A stretch of DNA of 62,199 nucleotides, the filler included, from Choristocarpus tenellus KU-1152 (Eukaryota; Protista; Phaeophyceae), in NCBI GenBank assembly GCA_964200185.2. It is 12 parts of 12 records of this genome, joined end to end, with 100 filler letters (N's around TTAATTAATTAA, not from the genome) between each part and the next. Parts side by side here need not be neighbours in the genome. Positions count along the whole stretch, not along the records: positions 35,156 to 50,659 come from CAXNAD020000985.1; positions 50,760 to 54,468 come from CAXNAD020018384.1; 10 more parts are not named here. One strand, 5' to 3'. The number at the start of each line of letters is the position of its first letter. Within the stretch, counting starts at the first letter, position 1. A program made the position numbers and the translations under genes. Positions 37,347-51,216 of the stretch are shown piece by piece. The notes beneath the pieces were generated by a model. It was not told where the DNA came from. It saw only the letters and a program-made list of their open reading frames with translations, and searched no databases.

Positions 37347-39817
37347 TCATGTTACAGGAGAGAAGAAGTTTGACTATTGTTTCTTGTAGTTCGGTAAACA
37401 TGGCATGGGTTGCGGTAACAACAAGCATGAATTAGAATGAGAAGAGGGCAGACTAACCATACCAAGTGAGTGGATGGGTACAAAATTAGTAAACTTGGTG
37501 GGGATATCTAGTCACTGTTGAGCAGCTCTCCCATCTGCGTTCCCTCTTGCTCAAGAGAGGCTGCGGGGGTGGGTGGATTAAGATTATTATATGTTGCTAG
37601 TATGATTGGTTTCATTGGTCTTGATTTTTGGATTAATAAGATGCAAATAAAATAGATATGTTTAGCCCACATGTAACTGCATACGCCATCTATCTCTAAA
37701 CAGACAACCAAAGTGTTTTTTGCTACAAATATGCATTTTTTGGTGGGTTTGGTGGGTTTGGAGGTTTTTTGTGGCTTTATGACTGGCGACTAGGAATCTC
37801 CTCTAACTAGAGATGCAACCAAGTAATAATGTGGATCTCCGATGCAGTAGCGAGACAGCCTTCTTTTGGGTCTTGTTGGGTGTTGATATGACATGGACAG
37901 TGAGTTGGCCTTATGTTATATATTTTGGTACACCCTCTAACATTTTTGCAGATGTGTCAAAGGAGAGAAAAGACCAAAATGTACCCTAAGCATACACAAA
38001 GCCTTATTAAAGTCAAGAGTAATCACTTTTAAAAGTTTTCTTCTAAGGAAATAAACAAATGAACATATACACACAAGGTCCCCTACAGCGACCGTTCAAA
38101 ATGAATCAAAGCTCAAAATACCACTATGATTCCAGGTTAGCGATAAGAAGGTGGAAGGGGGAAGGAGGGGAGGTATCCTAAAAGTCTGGAAGACCACTAT
38201 GTGCCTACCACTTGTTAGGTGTCTCCGCCTTGGAAGGCATTACCCTTCTCGAAGTAGCGACCTGTGCAGTAGTTACATATACTGTTCGTCTCAAAGGAGT
38301 CTTGAGAGTTCCCATCTACATCTATCCTCCAGACCCTTTCCTACTTACTGCATCCGTCACCAACTCATCCAGGAAGGTTTTTGTTTCATAGGATGATCAC
38401 CAACTTTCCATGGTTGATTTAGGGAACAACAAATCTTGTGCGAATTTTTCCCTAACAAAACTACATAAAATATTCCAGGAATATTTGACTCTGGTTTTTC
38501 ATTATGAAATTGAAAACATCACAACAGACAGAACAGTACAATACTATTATATTTTTGGTTTTTTCTGACATGTTAATAGTTTTTATTGCTTTTTAGTTGT
38601 GACCCACCTATAAAATGTTTTAGAGGACATAATAATAAAATACTGTTGTTGTGGTAGGAGTTAGTATTAGAGATAGTAGTAGTAAAATGTCCAAACCCTA
38701 CCTGTCACTACTTATTATTCAAGTTTAGAAAAAATATTATCCCGCAATGAAGGATACAATAAATATATCCCTCCTCCTTTACAATGTCCAGACATTCGTC
38801 ACTTCCAAACTATACACCGAAATAAAATATTATGTCGCTGATTTCAGCAATAAACTACGTACGTACAGGTATTATCAACCAACTTTAACCATTATTCTCT
38901 CCTATACTTATTATTAATTAATCTATCGAATTATGTTGTGTTAATTTTCGAGAATCGATGAATAAATGAACCAACGCAGGTAATCTGATGTTCCTCTGTT
39001 TTTCCGTTCATTTTTTTGGAATGGAGAATAGACCCATGTTTTCTGGTTGAAATACATCGTGTTCTATCTTCAGAGTAAGGTGGTGAGGAAAGTTTAGCAA
39101 AAGTTTCATCCTCTTTCCCACCTCTCCGTGACCAAAGCACACCCTTGGAGTCCAGCAAGGTGCAGCTCACCGCGTTTGTCCTCTGCCCACTTTCGCGGGT
39201 AATCACTTGGATGTTCGTGGATGTTTTCGGACCGGTTTTGAACTCGGGTACTATGAATTGTGTCTCAACTTAGAGTCCTGAACTCTCATCGTTAGTGTGT
39301 ACCTCATTGACTTTCGTCAAGGTTCTGTAGGAAAGGCGTTGTTCCTATCTCTTGGGTATTCTGTGTTTGAACAAAGGGTGGGTTTGACTTCGTTCGATTC
39401 GGTAGGAGGGGAGTCTTTTAATTGTGTGCCTATTCTCGGACACATACCTTCGACTAGCACTAGTGTTCCTAGTAAGTTACTGAGCCATCTCCTTGACTGT
39501 TTATCCCTAGTATGGGCGTTAACCCCATGGAATCTGCGGGACGTCTATAATGAGGTTGATGGTTTAATCTATAGATAAACTGGGAAAATGTTGGCTATGT
39601 TAGAATGAAATACGCAGACGAAGGGGTACTCTTGGAATGAAATGCTCACATGTCCCATATCCTTCCTAGAGCCTAGCCCACCTTAGGTTTAGCGCAGATG
39701 TTAGCACATATAACGGATGGCTTTTCTAGTGTCCAGGAGGAAGGTACTCATTGCATACCCTTAACTTTTTTCTTTGACACCTTGCAGGGAGGGGGCTGAA
39801 CCCTACCCTCTGAAGTC

Positions 39818-42800
39818 ATGGGTGGTCACCATGGCGGATCTGCGGGAGTCGGGTCAGGTTTCTACAACCTGACCATGTTAGGCACTGTGCTGTCTATCCT
39901 ACTCGCTGGTGGGTTCATTGCGGTGACCATGGATTCCAATATGTACGAATGGGAGGCGGACCAGTGTACTGTGAAGGGAGGGCAGCTCCAAGGCGGTGTA
40001 AATATAATCGTAGACTATGATGTAGACTTGACAGTGAGCGTCGGGTGGCAAAAATTCACGGTGACCTACATGGATATTGGTGCAGCCTCCTGTTTCGAGG
40101 ATCTCGAGGATGGGGAATCGTATGCAGTTGGTGACTACCAGGACAATTATGCCGTTGCAACCAGCTTGGCCATGTTGGTGGTCTTCGGAGTCTCAGTAAT
40201 CGTCACGCTTTACACTTTATTTGCTCTCACCCAGGCTAGGGTCTCCAGTCGTAAAGTGACTGGGTCCCTAGGTATCGAGGGCATGGGATACCTGTGTGCG
40301 CTCTTGTCGATCACTTCGGCACTTTCCCTTGCGGTATACTCATGGATGATAGAGGGGAAGTTTGGCGAACGTTTGGAAGCGTTGGCCCCCCGACTTATGG
40401 ACGTAGTACAGGAAGCTGCAACGACGTGTAGTGACGTGGACACTAATTTCGCATCGAGTTGCCCAATCGCGGGCTGGACCTACAGCGCACCATTGTGGGG
40501 ACTCAGCATTGCCATCGTGCAGGTGCGTTTTTTTTTTTTTTTTTTTTACTGTGTCCGTTTTATGTGTTTCCATTGCTGTATCAATAGTAGTAAGTCATCA
40601 GAAGGAGAGATCTTGTCCTTTTTTAGGCATTACAATTCAGGGTGTGTTTGGGGATTGGAGGATGTGGGTATGACACAAGGGCGGCAGAGTGTATACCTGG
40701 AGCTCTTTGAACACACCTGTCGATAAACAAGGCGTTTTATGCCTCTGGTATGCTCATTTTTCAGGGTAAGGATTTTGAATATTTGTCTTGCCATCACAAG
40801 CCTAGTAGGTGTGTCAGGTATGGTGTTCAAAAACCCTTACCAATAGCGGTGGTTGGTGATCATTTAAAAATTTGCCGAAAGTCTTTAAATCAGTGGGATG
40901 ATTTCTGATGTCTAGCTTTTTAAGCTCTGGTTACGCCTGACATTGAAAGACAAAATCAACAGTAGGTTTTGTGCTTTCTTGGAGGCCTTGGCAATTTATT
41001 GGGATAGTGTGTTGTAGATATTCAATTTCCCTCTTTTCGATGAAGAGACTCAACTGTGGTGGGAACTGACCAATGTTTGGCATGCGTTGGTTAGCCTTCC
41101 ATGTTGACGATGAATTTCCGGTTTTTTCTTTTTATCAAATTTGAAAACATGGTGCCCTTTGAAGCGCATTGATTTTTCCTATGACATCATCATGCGCGGT
41201 CTATCTTTCCGATTTTCTTTCTATTTTTCCGATGACATCATCATTTGCAGTCCGCCTTTCCGATTTTCTTTTTTCTAAGTTGTGGAGCTTAGAGTGTCGA
41301 TAGGGACAGCCCTTAGTATATGAATCTGAACATCCTGTGCGCTTGGCACCTATTTTTACTGAAATCCATCCTGAGTATCAGGGTGTAATATTGCAATGGA
41401 TGCTATCTTGCTAGGGTTAGGGTTAGTACTTTGTGGAGGTGATGACTCAAGTACTGGTGGGGTTTGATGCGCCTCATGTTATGGTTCTCACGATTATTTC
41501 CTTTGGACTCTCATGGGTAGATTTATCGGCAGTACTCTGTTAGGTGTGTCAAGACTCTTTGGGATACATCAGTTGAGTATATATATATATATTTTTTAAG
41601 ACTTGGTGGTGTGCCCTCGCTGGTTGATGGAGGACCAACGGTGATTTTGGTCAAGAGTTGCGATCTTTTCAGTACCCTAGAAAATGAATTAGCTTCAGGA
41701 GTTGTGCACTCATCTCATACACAGTCGAAAGCATTGTTACCTCTCCATGTTTCACAGCTCTTTTCCAGGTAAAACTCTTGACTTGGCATGGTATACCTTT
41801 TGAGGACGGTTGTCAAATCCGCCCCAGAGGTTGTACTCAGCCACAAGTTAAATATCTGCCTAGATGACTGTTGTACCCTGTTTCGAGATGACTGATGCGT
41901 TTGTTGCCTAATTTCTCTTTCTCAAGAGTGTAGATGTTTTTTTTGCATGTGATTTTTTCTTTGTATGGTTGATCTAAGTTAAAGGAATGTAACACCCTCT
42001 CTGGAAAACCTTTCGTACTCTGGTAAAGACATGTGGACTAACATGGTGCTACTGGAGGGTGTGTGCTAAAATTCAACTCTACCTGTAGACTTGTAAATGC
42101 TTGGAAAGCGGTTTCACCTTAACGAGATTGACTTTGCTAGAAGTATTTTGGCAGGCTTGGTTGTTCCTTGGGTGTGTGTTTTTGAAGTCTAGGGCTTGGG
42201 GCAAGGGCCTTGTGTTGCTTGGCAGTCTGGATTTTCAGTCTCTGTAAGAAAAAGGTGTGAGATAGCCAAGACTTTAAACATGTCAAAAATATACTGCATT
42301 AACAGTTTGAATATGTTAACACAACTCCTACCTCAAAGCAACCTCTGTGTGCTCTGAATATCTCAGGTGTGTGTGCTCATGCTAACAGCACTGCTGCTGA
42401 TTAAAGAAGCCTGGCGAATTGATGGTTTGTTGGATGGGACTATTGAGCCACAGGTTGAGCCTGTGAATGTTAAGCATGTGGTGGGAGTGGAGTTCGTGGT
42501 GGACAAGGTCAGTTCAATGCTGGAGGAATTGTTTATGATGATAATGTTGTTATATTTTTCAGTGTCTGTGGAGCTTCACCAGGTTTGTGTTCTCGGGAGA
42601 CTCTGCGCGCTTGGTGGTTGACTTTCCTTGACTTTCCATGTCATGTGCATGTATTCTGGACAGGTGGTTTATGGTGGACATGGCAAAAGCTTCCTCCAGA
42701 ATGACATATATTTGTAGAGATGATTATTGAGCCTACTTGTCCTGTTTTCATACGTAGAGTTTTCTAATCCTTATTGTTCTTTGGATGTGGAGAGGAGGTG

Positions 42801-45800
42801 CTGTTGACGCTCAGTGTGGGCAACCAGCCTCTTTTTTTGTCTAGCCCTAGCCCTAACAATTGTCTAGTTCAAATAAATTTATTTTTTCCTGCAGATGTTG
42901 TGAGGTGTGGAGGGTTATAGTGTGAGTACATTTGACGCAAAATTGGTTACATCTGCTGCTTGTTACTGGTATGAGATCTGTATCTACATCCACTATCTTG
43001 ACATTGGTGTTGGCAAGGTACCTCTTTTGACACTACCTTTTGCTTGTTGTACTTGGGCTCTGAAGCTGTGTGTGGAAGGACAAATATGTATTGGAGGTGA
43101 TCTTGTCCACTGTGCAGGACCCTTACAGAAATACAAGTCACTGACGTTTATGAGCTCTGCCCTTATTTCTAGTTTTGTTCTTTAGCTTCAGAGACGCCAA
43201 CGAGTTTTTTTTTTTGAAGTTTGGTGTGAGGGGGTCTGGCGTGGGTGTGTGGGATGCCCACAGAGTGGTTTGGTAGATTAAATGCGTCCACAGTCACCTT
43301 GACAGGATTGGACCTTTGGTACTCTCAGTTTTTTTTTCCTATGAACGTTTCGTGTGTACAAGGGTTAGGGTTGTATCCAAGCAACGAGAGCTCGATATTG
43401 TTGTGGGATCTGTATCTGATCATGTATTGTCAATGTAGGCGGTAGTGCTTGTGTCTGGTGGCTGTTGATTGTTGATTGTTGTGGAATTCTCTTTGAACCT
43501 GTTCGAGAGCTGATGCAACTACAATGATTTCAATCAACAAAATGCTGTTTCCAGTACAAGCAGAACTACAAGTAGTTGAACCCTCTGAATGTACACTGCG
43601 AAGACTTTTTTTTTTTGTCTCATGGTGTAGGTGCAGCTTAGGGCGTCCATCTTGGAAATTCCGGGTTGGATTGATGGACTTTCCCAAATCCCAATTCTGA
43701 ATTCAAGCTTTTTTTTTTTGTGGCTTATCATATGTGACATGTTGAGCTACAGGTATGTATGCTTTTTTTCTTTGTTGGTTTTAGTAGTATTTTCTATGCG
43801 TATGCTTCGTTACTATTTTCTCTCTATGTGTTACGAATTTTTCCAGTGTTTTTCCAGTGACTTAGGGTTAGGTTTAGGGTTAGGGTTTTGCTGTCTCTTG
43901 CGTGTTACAATGTTGACCCGATTCGATGAGTCGCTGTAATGGATCCCTTTCCTGTGAACCCTCTGAACTCGAGCCCTCTTCGTGACCATGTTGTTGTGGC
44001 TTTGTTTTGTGCCCCTTGCAGCAATCGGGATCGGGCACAGAAAAGGAACCGCACAATCCTCTTCCACGCCGGAGTGCCAGGACAGGGGTACGTTCATCAG
44101 GGAGTGGCAAGAGCTCATCCGATGAGAACAGTGATGAGAGGAAGGAAAGGATCGCAGTGCCTGTATCATCTGCTTCTGTTGCCTACGTTGAGCCCGTGAG
44201 TGTGGGTGTTGTCGTCCTCAAGGATTGGATTGGGGGTGGGTGTCTTTCTATATATATATATTTTTTAATTGTTGTTGGAGAGGGGAGGACGTCTTTTTAA
44301 ACGTCATGTCTTTTTTTTAAGTATCAGCCAAGGGGCGACTTTTTTTTTTTGTGAGAGCAATTTTTTGTTGGTGTGTGCTATTTCTGTATGTTGGGGTTAG
44401 GGTTAGGTGTGAGATTAGCCTTAACCCTGAACCTTACAGGTCTCCCGTGTGCCTCCCTGGGTAGTGTTGGGTAGTGTTGTTGTGTTCTGAAGTGCGCGAT
44501 GGTGGGCTGTTGTTTGTGTTCTGAGATAATCTTCAATTCTCTTCGGTGGAACCATTTTGATAAGAATGATGCGAGATTCACCTTTTTTTATCTAACCCTA
44601 ACCCTAATCTCTTGATTTTGTAACAGCTGTTGCATTACAGAGGTAGGTGGTATGAGAAGGAAATGATCCAATCGAACTCCTATGGTTAGAACCGTTTGGG
44701 TGAAATGGGTGTACATTTTTTTACATTTTTTATAGAAGGGGAGTGGTGAGGATTTACGCTAATACACCAAAAGTAGTAAAGGGTGACGGTTACAGATATG
44801 TACCACTCTGTGTCTATTGATACCTAACATTCATAATTTGGATCTCTTTGTTTGCAAATACACAACTGTGAAGTATTTTTGGTGGTAGATTTGAGCTGTG
44901 ATTGGTTCTGTGTTCTCCTTTTTTAGATATCAAGACTTACAAGATTGATGTAGTTCTATTTTTTTTTAAGAGCATAGGACTGACTGTCCATATGTACTGA
45001 AAAAAATCCAGGTTGAGTAGTCTGGTGATTTGTAAAATTGTGTGTAGTTCAACCCAGTTTGTGCTTTTTGCTGCTTTCTAATGGGATCCTGTTGAGTGGG
45101 TAGTAGAGGGAGGGTTTTGATGATCCTTTGATAAGTAGAACATTATATGTTGATGCTGACTAGATTTTCACATGTCTTACCAACTTGATGTTGTACAAGG
45201 TGGTGATAAAAAAATATCTGCTATGACTTTCCTGCGTACTTGAGATTTGATTACAACATTTCTGGATTTGGAGGTGTACTGTACTTTAGTTGTGGCTGCA
45301 ATTTTTTTCTCCACCTTTAAAAAAGGGGCGTATCAATTGTTAGAAATGGAAAGAAGCAAGTCAAAATGGAATGATTATTACTTTTCTTACTTTTTTGAGT
45401 TGATATTTGTATCTTTTTTGAGTAGGTTTTTGTTGCACTCAAGATGTTCAGTGTAGGGTAGCCCTATCCCATCAAGACCAGTCTTTTTTTCTGTTTTGTT
45501 TTGCAAGAAGTTTGTGGGATACTACATCGTAGATTGAATCTTGAATAGTGTGGTCCTGCTGAGAAGGCATGTGCCATTAGTTGGTACTTCTTGTGCTTTG
45601 TGATTGGTATGGTCTAATCCATAGGGACAAAACTGTGTTCAGTGCGGTCTGAAAAATGTCTTGTTTTCTTCGTTGAATGTACTTGGGACATCTTGCAGTT
45701 GTTGTCCTTGAACAATGAGATCTGCTGAGACTTGTTGAGTCATTATATTTGCCCATTTCCTTCCCTCCATAACTTGTCCTTTGCCCAATTACCTCTTACC

Positions 45801-46375
45801 TCTTACCTCATCAGAACCGTGAGATAGATGAGGCAGCATATGCTCAGGCTAGCTATGAAGAAGAACAACGTCGCTCACAAGCAGCCTATGAGGAGGAACA
45901 GCGCTATGCTGAGGAGCAGCGCTATGCTGAGGAGCAACGCTATGCAGAGGAACAACGTTATGCTGAGGAACAACGGCGTGCTGAGGTTGCTCTTGTTGAA
46001 AAGAATCGTGCTGCTCAGGCTGCTTATGAAGCTGACCAAAAACGTCGCTCACACCACCCACATCACCAAAATATGGAGTCTGAGTACGCCTATGAGGGTC
46101 ATGGTGAGACAATGAGTGTGATGAGCGAGGCCATGAGTCGCGTGGATCACCCAGTTCATGGTGGTACTGCTGGTGTAGTGCGTTCGTACAGTGGTGCTAG
46201 TAGAATGGATGAAAGCTACCGGTCTGGGTCTGAGTCAGAAGACTATATGTCGGATGGACAGAGCACGGCGTTTGGCATGGGCAGCTCACAGTTTTACAGC
46301 AATGGTAATGGAGGTCGATCATTTGCATCAATGGAGAGTCAGAGTGAGGACGGAAGCTATGCTCCACGTTCGTAG
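39818..46375 (+). CDS. Four-transmembrane (claudin/PMP22-like topology) protein, ~526 aa, with a long cytoplasmic tail containing EEQRYA repeats
   Basis: Exons 39818-40522, 42367-42507, 44022-44195 and 45815-46375 (GT-AG, all phase 0) join into one ORF ending in TAG. There are four hydrophobic segments, and TM4 spans the exon 1/2 junction (LWGLSIAIVQ|VCVLMLTALLLI). Loop 1 has W..C..GW..C; loop 2 has two Cys and GWTY before TM4. An acceptor at 39787 suggests a 5'UTR intron. Confidence 0.8.
41173..41275. repeat. Imperfect ~53-bp tandem duplication (intronic)
   Basis: TTTTTCC(T/G)ATGACATCATCAT..GTC..CTTTCCGATTTTCTTT x2. Confidence 0.8.
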
Positions 46376-49300
46376 ATGAGAGTACGGTTTCGAGGCGGCG
46401 GGGGGTGGGGTTGTTGAATGCTGTGGTATGTTTTTTTGCCTTTGGGGCTTGTTGAGTGTCACTATAGGGTTTGCTGCTAAAGGCGGGTCTGTTTTTGATG
46501 GTTAGGAGATGTGTGCTTGTCTGTCGTGATTCTGTTCTGCATTTGAAGCAATGGCTCATATACAGCGTACACGGATTTGTTTTGAATGAGAAAACTGCAG
46601 GTATGAGGACAAGTGGACAATAAAATAGGTAGTACATTGGCAGTATGGGGACACGGTGGTTTATTCTCATGTGGGGTTGAGTTGGGGTAAGGGTTAGGGT
46701 TAGGGTTACCTATGGGGGAAGTAATTATGCACTTCTGTGAGGAACTTCAAGTATCGAGGAGAGTACTGTCAGTACTGTGAAAGAGATAGGGAGGCTGTGA
46801 TTGGGTCCCACGGGCAGTTGATGGTTTGCAAGGTGTGAAGGAGGTTGGGTAATTTTTCGTATGGTTGACTGGTATGTTGTAGGTGTTGTCCAGGCCGTCA
46901 TGCTGTCCTGCTATCCTCAGGTTTTCTGGTTGGTGGAAATGTTGTGTCATCTGGTATTTGGTAGTATTTGATGTGTCTTTATTTATAGTCTAAATAGCTC
47001 CCTAATATGTACCTTAGTGATTGCTTGGAAGTCGTAAGATCCTTTTTTTTCGGTATGCTGACCTTTCCCAGAGAGGCTACAGGTATGTGGATCTGCCATG
47101 CAATGCATTTATGTCCTTCCCGCTCCCACTGCAACATAGTCTAGTCATTCTTACCTGCCTGTGCCTTTATGTATGTGGGTAAAGATGGGACATCAGTGAA
47201 GTTGTGGAAGTTTTTGTGGAAATCCCTGCTATACATGATAGCTATTTTTTGTCCTTTGTGCAGAAGGTCTGTTATGTTTTGCCGTTGGTTGGTGTAGGGA
47301 CTAAACTGACTCAGGGTGTGTGGGCCTGTGCTGATAGTGTAGTATTTTGCCTTAGGGCTTTACTTTTGGGTGTGCATATTCTTCCATCCCTCCTTTGTCC
47401 CACCATGGTGTTAGTAGTGGTCTGCTACAGAGCTCAAGAATGAGCAGGAAGGGGGGCATGCTATGTGAGGGATACATGGTCAATGCAGGACTAGTGTGTC
47501 ACGTGATCACTAGGGGGGTGGGAAAGAAATGTACTATGTGTTGCATGCCCCCTTTCAGGGGCAATTGTGTATGTGTCTATCTTGCTGGGTAGCCTCCAGT
47601 TTGATTAAATCTTTCAAAATTCTAACAATTTTTGTGATACCCCAACTCTGAGCGGGTTTCTCTGGCTATCTTAAGGGTTCTTCTTCTAGTATTGGGTGCA
47701 AGATGATGTTAAGATGATGCAGCCTTGGTTGCACGGAACATAGAGGACAACTTAATAACTGTGCAACCTCTGTTGTCTTGAGGATTGTTACATGTAGTCG
47801 TTGAAAGGGACTTTATTTGCTTTCTGTACGTGGATGGGTGTGATGACAGGAAGCATGGTGGTGTAATGTAAACTTGAATTGTGGTGTCGGTATCCTTGTT
47901 TGTAAAGCAAATTGCGATGGCCTTGGTTCCTTTTGTATTGCATCACACTGGTCAACGATAATGAGAGCTGTGCCCTTCTGAGGGTTTTGTATCCTCTGTA
48001 GCAAAAAAGAGCATTGCTTATGTTGCACAGGTGTAAGGTAGTGGTGCACAGACATACACACAAGACTCGGGTTGTGGCATCAATATCAACAATATCCAAA
48101 GAAAATTTGTGGTATTGTCAACATTTTACATCTACTAAAAAGCAATGAGTATTATTTATGTAGTATTTAGTGCTACATAGTTTATAGTGATGGGATCAAA
48201 CGCGATCTTGTGGACTCAAAACTGTGTTCTGAACTGCAGTCAGTCAAAACAGGCATCAGTTAAATTGATTGTTCATGTATGAGAGAAGGTGCGTGATGCT
48301 ATATGCTCCATTATGGTGAACAATTTTGTATATTTTTTAGTGATCACTGTGGTTTGGTTCTCATCCCTACCTCGATTGAATGAAAGAAATAGAGTGCTGG
48401 CAGCATTGATGTGGAGGGCTTTGAACTGTATGAAACTGGGACCATGCTGGGGATCTGTGTGCAGTTTCGAAATGTACCCAATGGAACAGCGTATTAATTT
48501 ATGACATGTTGTCCAGTTCCTCACTACTTGATTGTTGCGTTTTCCATCATTGACCTTTTCCTAGAGATGGATGAGAAAGAAATGGACTGGGTTTGACATT
48601 GAGTTGTCATGTTTTCCAGTTGGGCGTTCGTTGGTGAAACAAACTACAGGGTCTAAATCGATATTATTAGGGTCGTCTTTGGGGGGGTGAATACGAGACA
48701 AATCCAGAAAGGTACCGGCCTTCCTTTGGGTAAGAAATCGGAAGTCACCTGAGCTGTATGTAGTAATGTATCTATTGTCAATAGAACAAGTAACAGCAGA
48801 TTTCAAATCAAAAACACATATCGACACATTATCCCAGTCAATTTTGGGTTAAGCCCATCCTCAATTTTTGAAATCTGCTGTTAAGTGCTACGGTGTAAAC
48901 TATGAGTACTAGTATGTCCTTTCTTAGTCATCATTCATAATTTACCATCCACTATACTGAAGCCCCATGTATTTATATCTCTCTATGATGTCATTGATGA
49001 CGTTTTGTCACACCTATTCGGTGCTAGTGAGTACCTAATGGTTGGGCGACAAGTAACTATACTTCTTGGTTGTACATGTTGTATGGACTACACAGCCTGT
49101 TTTTTTGGCTGCGAAGTCTTCATCTGATCGAGTCTTCTTTTTCCCTTTCCCTAATATTTTTCATTTGTGTTTTACTGTATTGTGAATAGAGTGAATTCGT
49201 GAGGCACATAAATCGGGTCGAAAAATAATACTAAGCCAAGAAGTCAAGTCAATTGATTTTTCTTTATGGCTTGAAATTTCTTCCCGCTAAGACTGGGTAT

Positions 49301-49620
49301 TGTGTGTAGAATGTAGTTGTGTTATCCACCACATTGAAATGACAAGAAACAAGGGAAAATGCTGGAACAGACATACAAAATCTGGACTACTCTTGAATGT
49401 CAGATCTAGAGAAAAAGTTGTATACAACAGGTTATGGGACTGGATTTCTCCAGTATTCAGGTAGCACATACCTTCTTGCCATTCTTTCTCGGCATCAATC
49501 TACGTAATCATGTGCAGCCCGATACTATGAAGGAAGACTAGGAGCTGCATATTGTTGCGAGTGTCAACACCTTTTTTTCTTGCTGTCGCGATACTACTCC
49601 CGATGACGAGAACATTTACA

Positions 49621-49874
49621 GAGTCAAAGTATCTTAGAGGGTAGAGCCGCGTCCGTCTGGGGGTCAAAATCCAATGTTGCGATTTTGATGTAATTTTGAC
49701 TGTAGTGTTTATTAGGAAGTGTCAAAATCCTTGCTCCGGACACACTGATAGCGTATACATTATACCTACTTCAAAATATTATGGAGTAGGTAAAATGTCA
49801 TAAAAAACCCGTGGGAAGCCAAGCCCCAAACGGACAAACAGGGCAAAACTGTACCCTCTAAGATACTTTAACTC
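49621..49874 (+). mobile_element. MITE family B, complete copy (~255 bp)
   Basis: 23-bp TIRs GAGTCAAAGTATCTTAGAGGGTA / TACCCTCTAAGATACTTTAACTC (1 mismatch). Confidence 0.9.
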
Positions 49875-50520
49875 ACTCCATCTTGTAGGAAGAGTGGCTG
49901 TCCACTCATACTGGCGTCTCCATCGACCCATACATTCCTGCATCTCGACTTCCGCCACCCCTTCACTAGCAGCAGCAGCTCAATGCATTTTGGAAGAGAA
50001 GCTCAAGTAAGTGTAGTATTTTAGTTTCCACAACGGTTGATGCTATGACCTCTCAGCGTGGGAAGCACGATGGGCAGTGTGTGCACTGTAATAAGTCTCA
50101 ATATTGTGGGCCCGTAAAAAAAAGCCAAGCTTCTATTCCTCTTTTGCCAAGTTTTGACATGCACATTCTTCCTTCTTTCACTGTTCTGTGAGCTGGACTT
50201 GCTTGAGTTTACCTCCTTCTTCACCTGATTTCCATCTTCTTCACCATAATCTGCACATGGGATGACGTATCTCTGGAGAGAGATACTCAGCGTCTCCAGA
50301 CCCAAAACCTCCACAGATGTGAAACAGGTTTGTATCCATGGAGATATGTATATATAGTGAATAGTGACCATTGAGACCTTGTGGTCAGCAGTGCCCCAAG
50401 TTGTACCACGAAAGCTTTAAACCCAGAGTGAAGTATTGAAGATTGGAATGAGACTTTGAGAAGTTGAAACTGGAAGGGCATCTTATTTTTTGTGGAACAA
50501 AATCAGCGCTTTCTGTTGCT

Positions 50521-50659
50521 GGCTCGAAGTATCTGGAGTGGGGTGGCGGCTGTCCATTTGGGGTCAATGTTTTCATGTCGCGATTTTTGGGTGATTGGGT
50601 TGCATACGTCGGATGGATAACGCAAATACACTTTTCCTGATTTTGACCCAAATGGACAC
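50521..50659 (+). mobile_element. MITE family A, nearly complete (contig edge)
   Basis: GGCTCGAAGTATCTGGAGTGGGGTGGCGGCTGTCCATTTGGGGTC...CCCAAATGGACAC, then the gap. Confidence 0.85.
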
Positions 50660-51216
50660 NNNNNNNNNNNNNNNNNNNNNNNNNNNNNNNNNNNNNNNNN
50701 NNNTTAATTAATTAANNNNNNNNNNNNNNNNNNNNNNNNNNNNNNNNNNNNNNNNNNNNACAGCACACTCTAATGGTGAAACGCCTGCACCAACTATGCA
50801 AGGGGATGGGCATCCCTTGCACTATGGAGGATGGTAGCCCTTTCACTGTGGATAGGAATCTCCGCATGGATCTGGTGTTCCAGGCAGGGGCACTAGCAGA
50901 CCCCGGAACCGTCCCCTATAGGGACAAAGGCCTTCTGCTAGATGTCATCTCCGCAGAGGTACAGGCAACTTCCCACCTCACCCACTCATCCACCAGCAAT
51001 GGTGTAGTTGCTGCTGCAGCCAAGGCGCGAAAGCACACCCACTACGAGGTCTCCTTTGATCCTCATAGTTATAACCTCAACAACTTCACGGTGGAAAGTT
51101 TTGGGTGCCTCGGCAAGAAAGCGGAATGCTTCCTGGATGATCTGGCTGTTCATATGGTAGGGGGGAGAGGAGCGGGAGGATATATCGCAGGAAAGGAGTA
51201 GTTAGATCCCGGCTAC

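Noticed and set aside
40523-40726. C-terminal extension of the 302-aa ORF (VRFFFFFF...)
   Set aside because: It is read-through into an intron after the CAG|GTGCGT donor, including a poly-T tract.
45828-46115. ORF with (RSSAML/RNNVML) repeats
   Set aside because: Wrong frame. The nucleotide variation is synonymous only in the EEQRYA frame, which also fits the splice acceptor at 45814.
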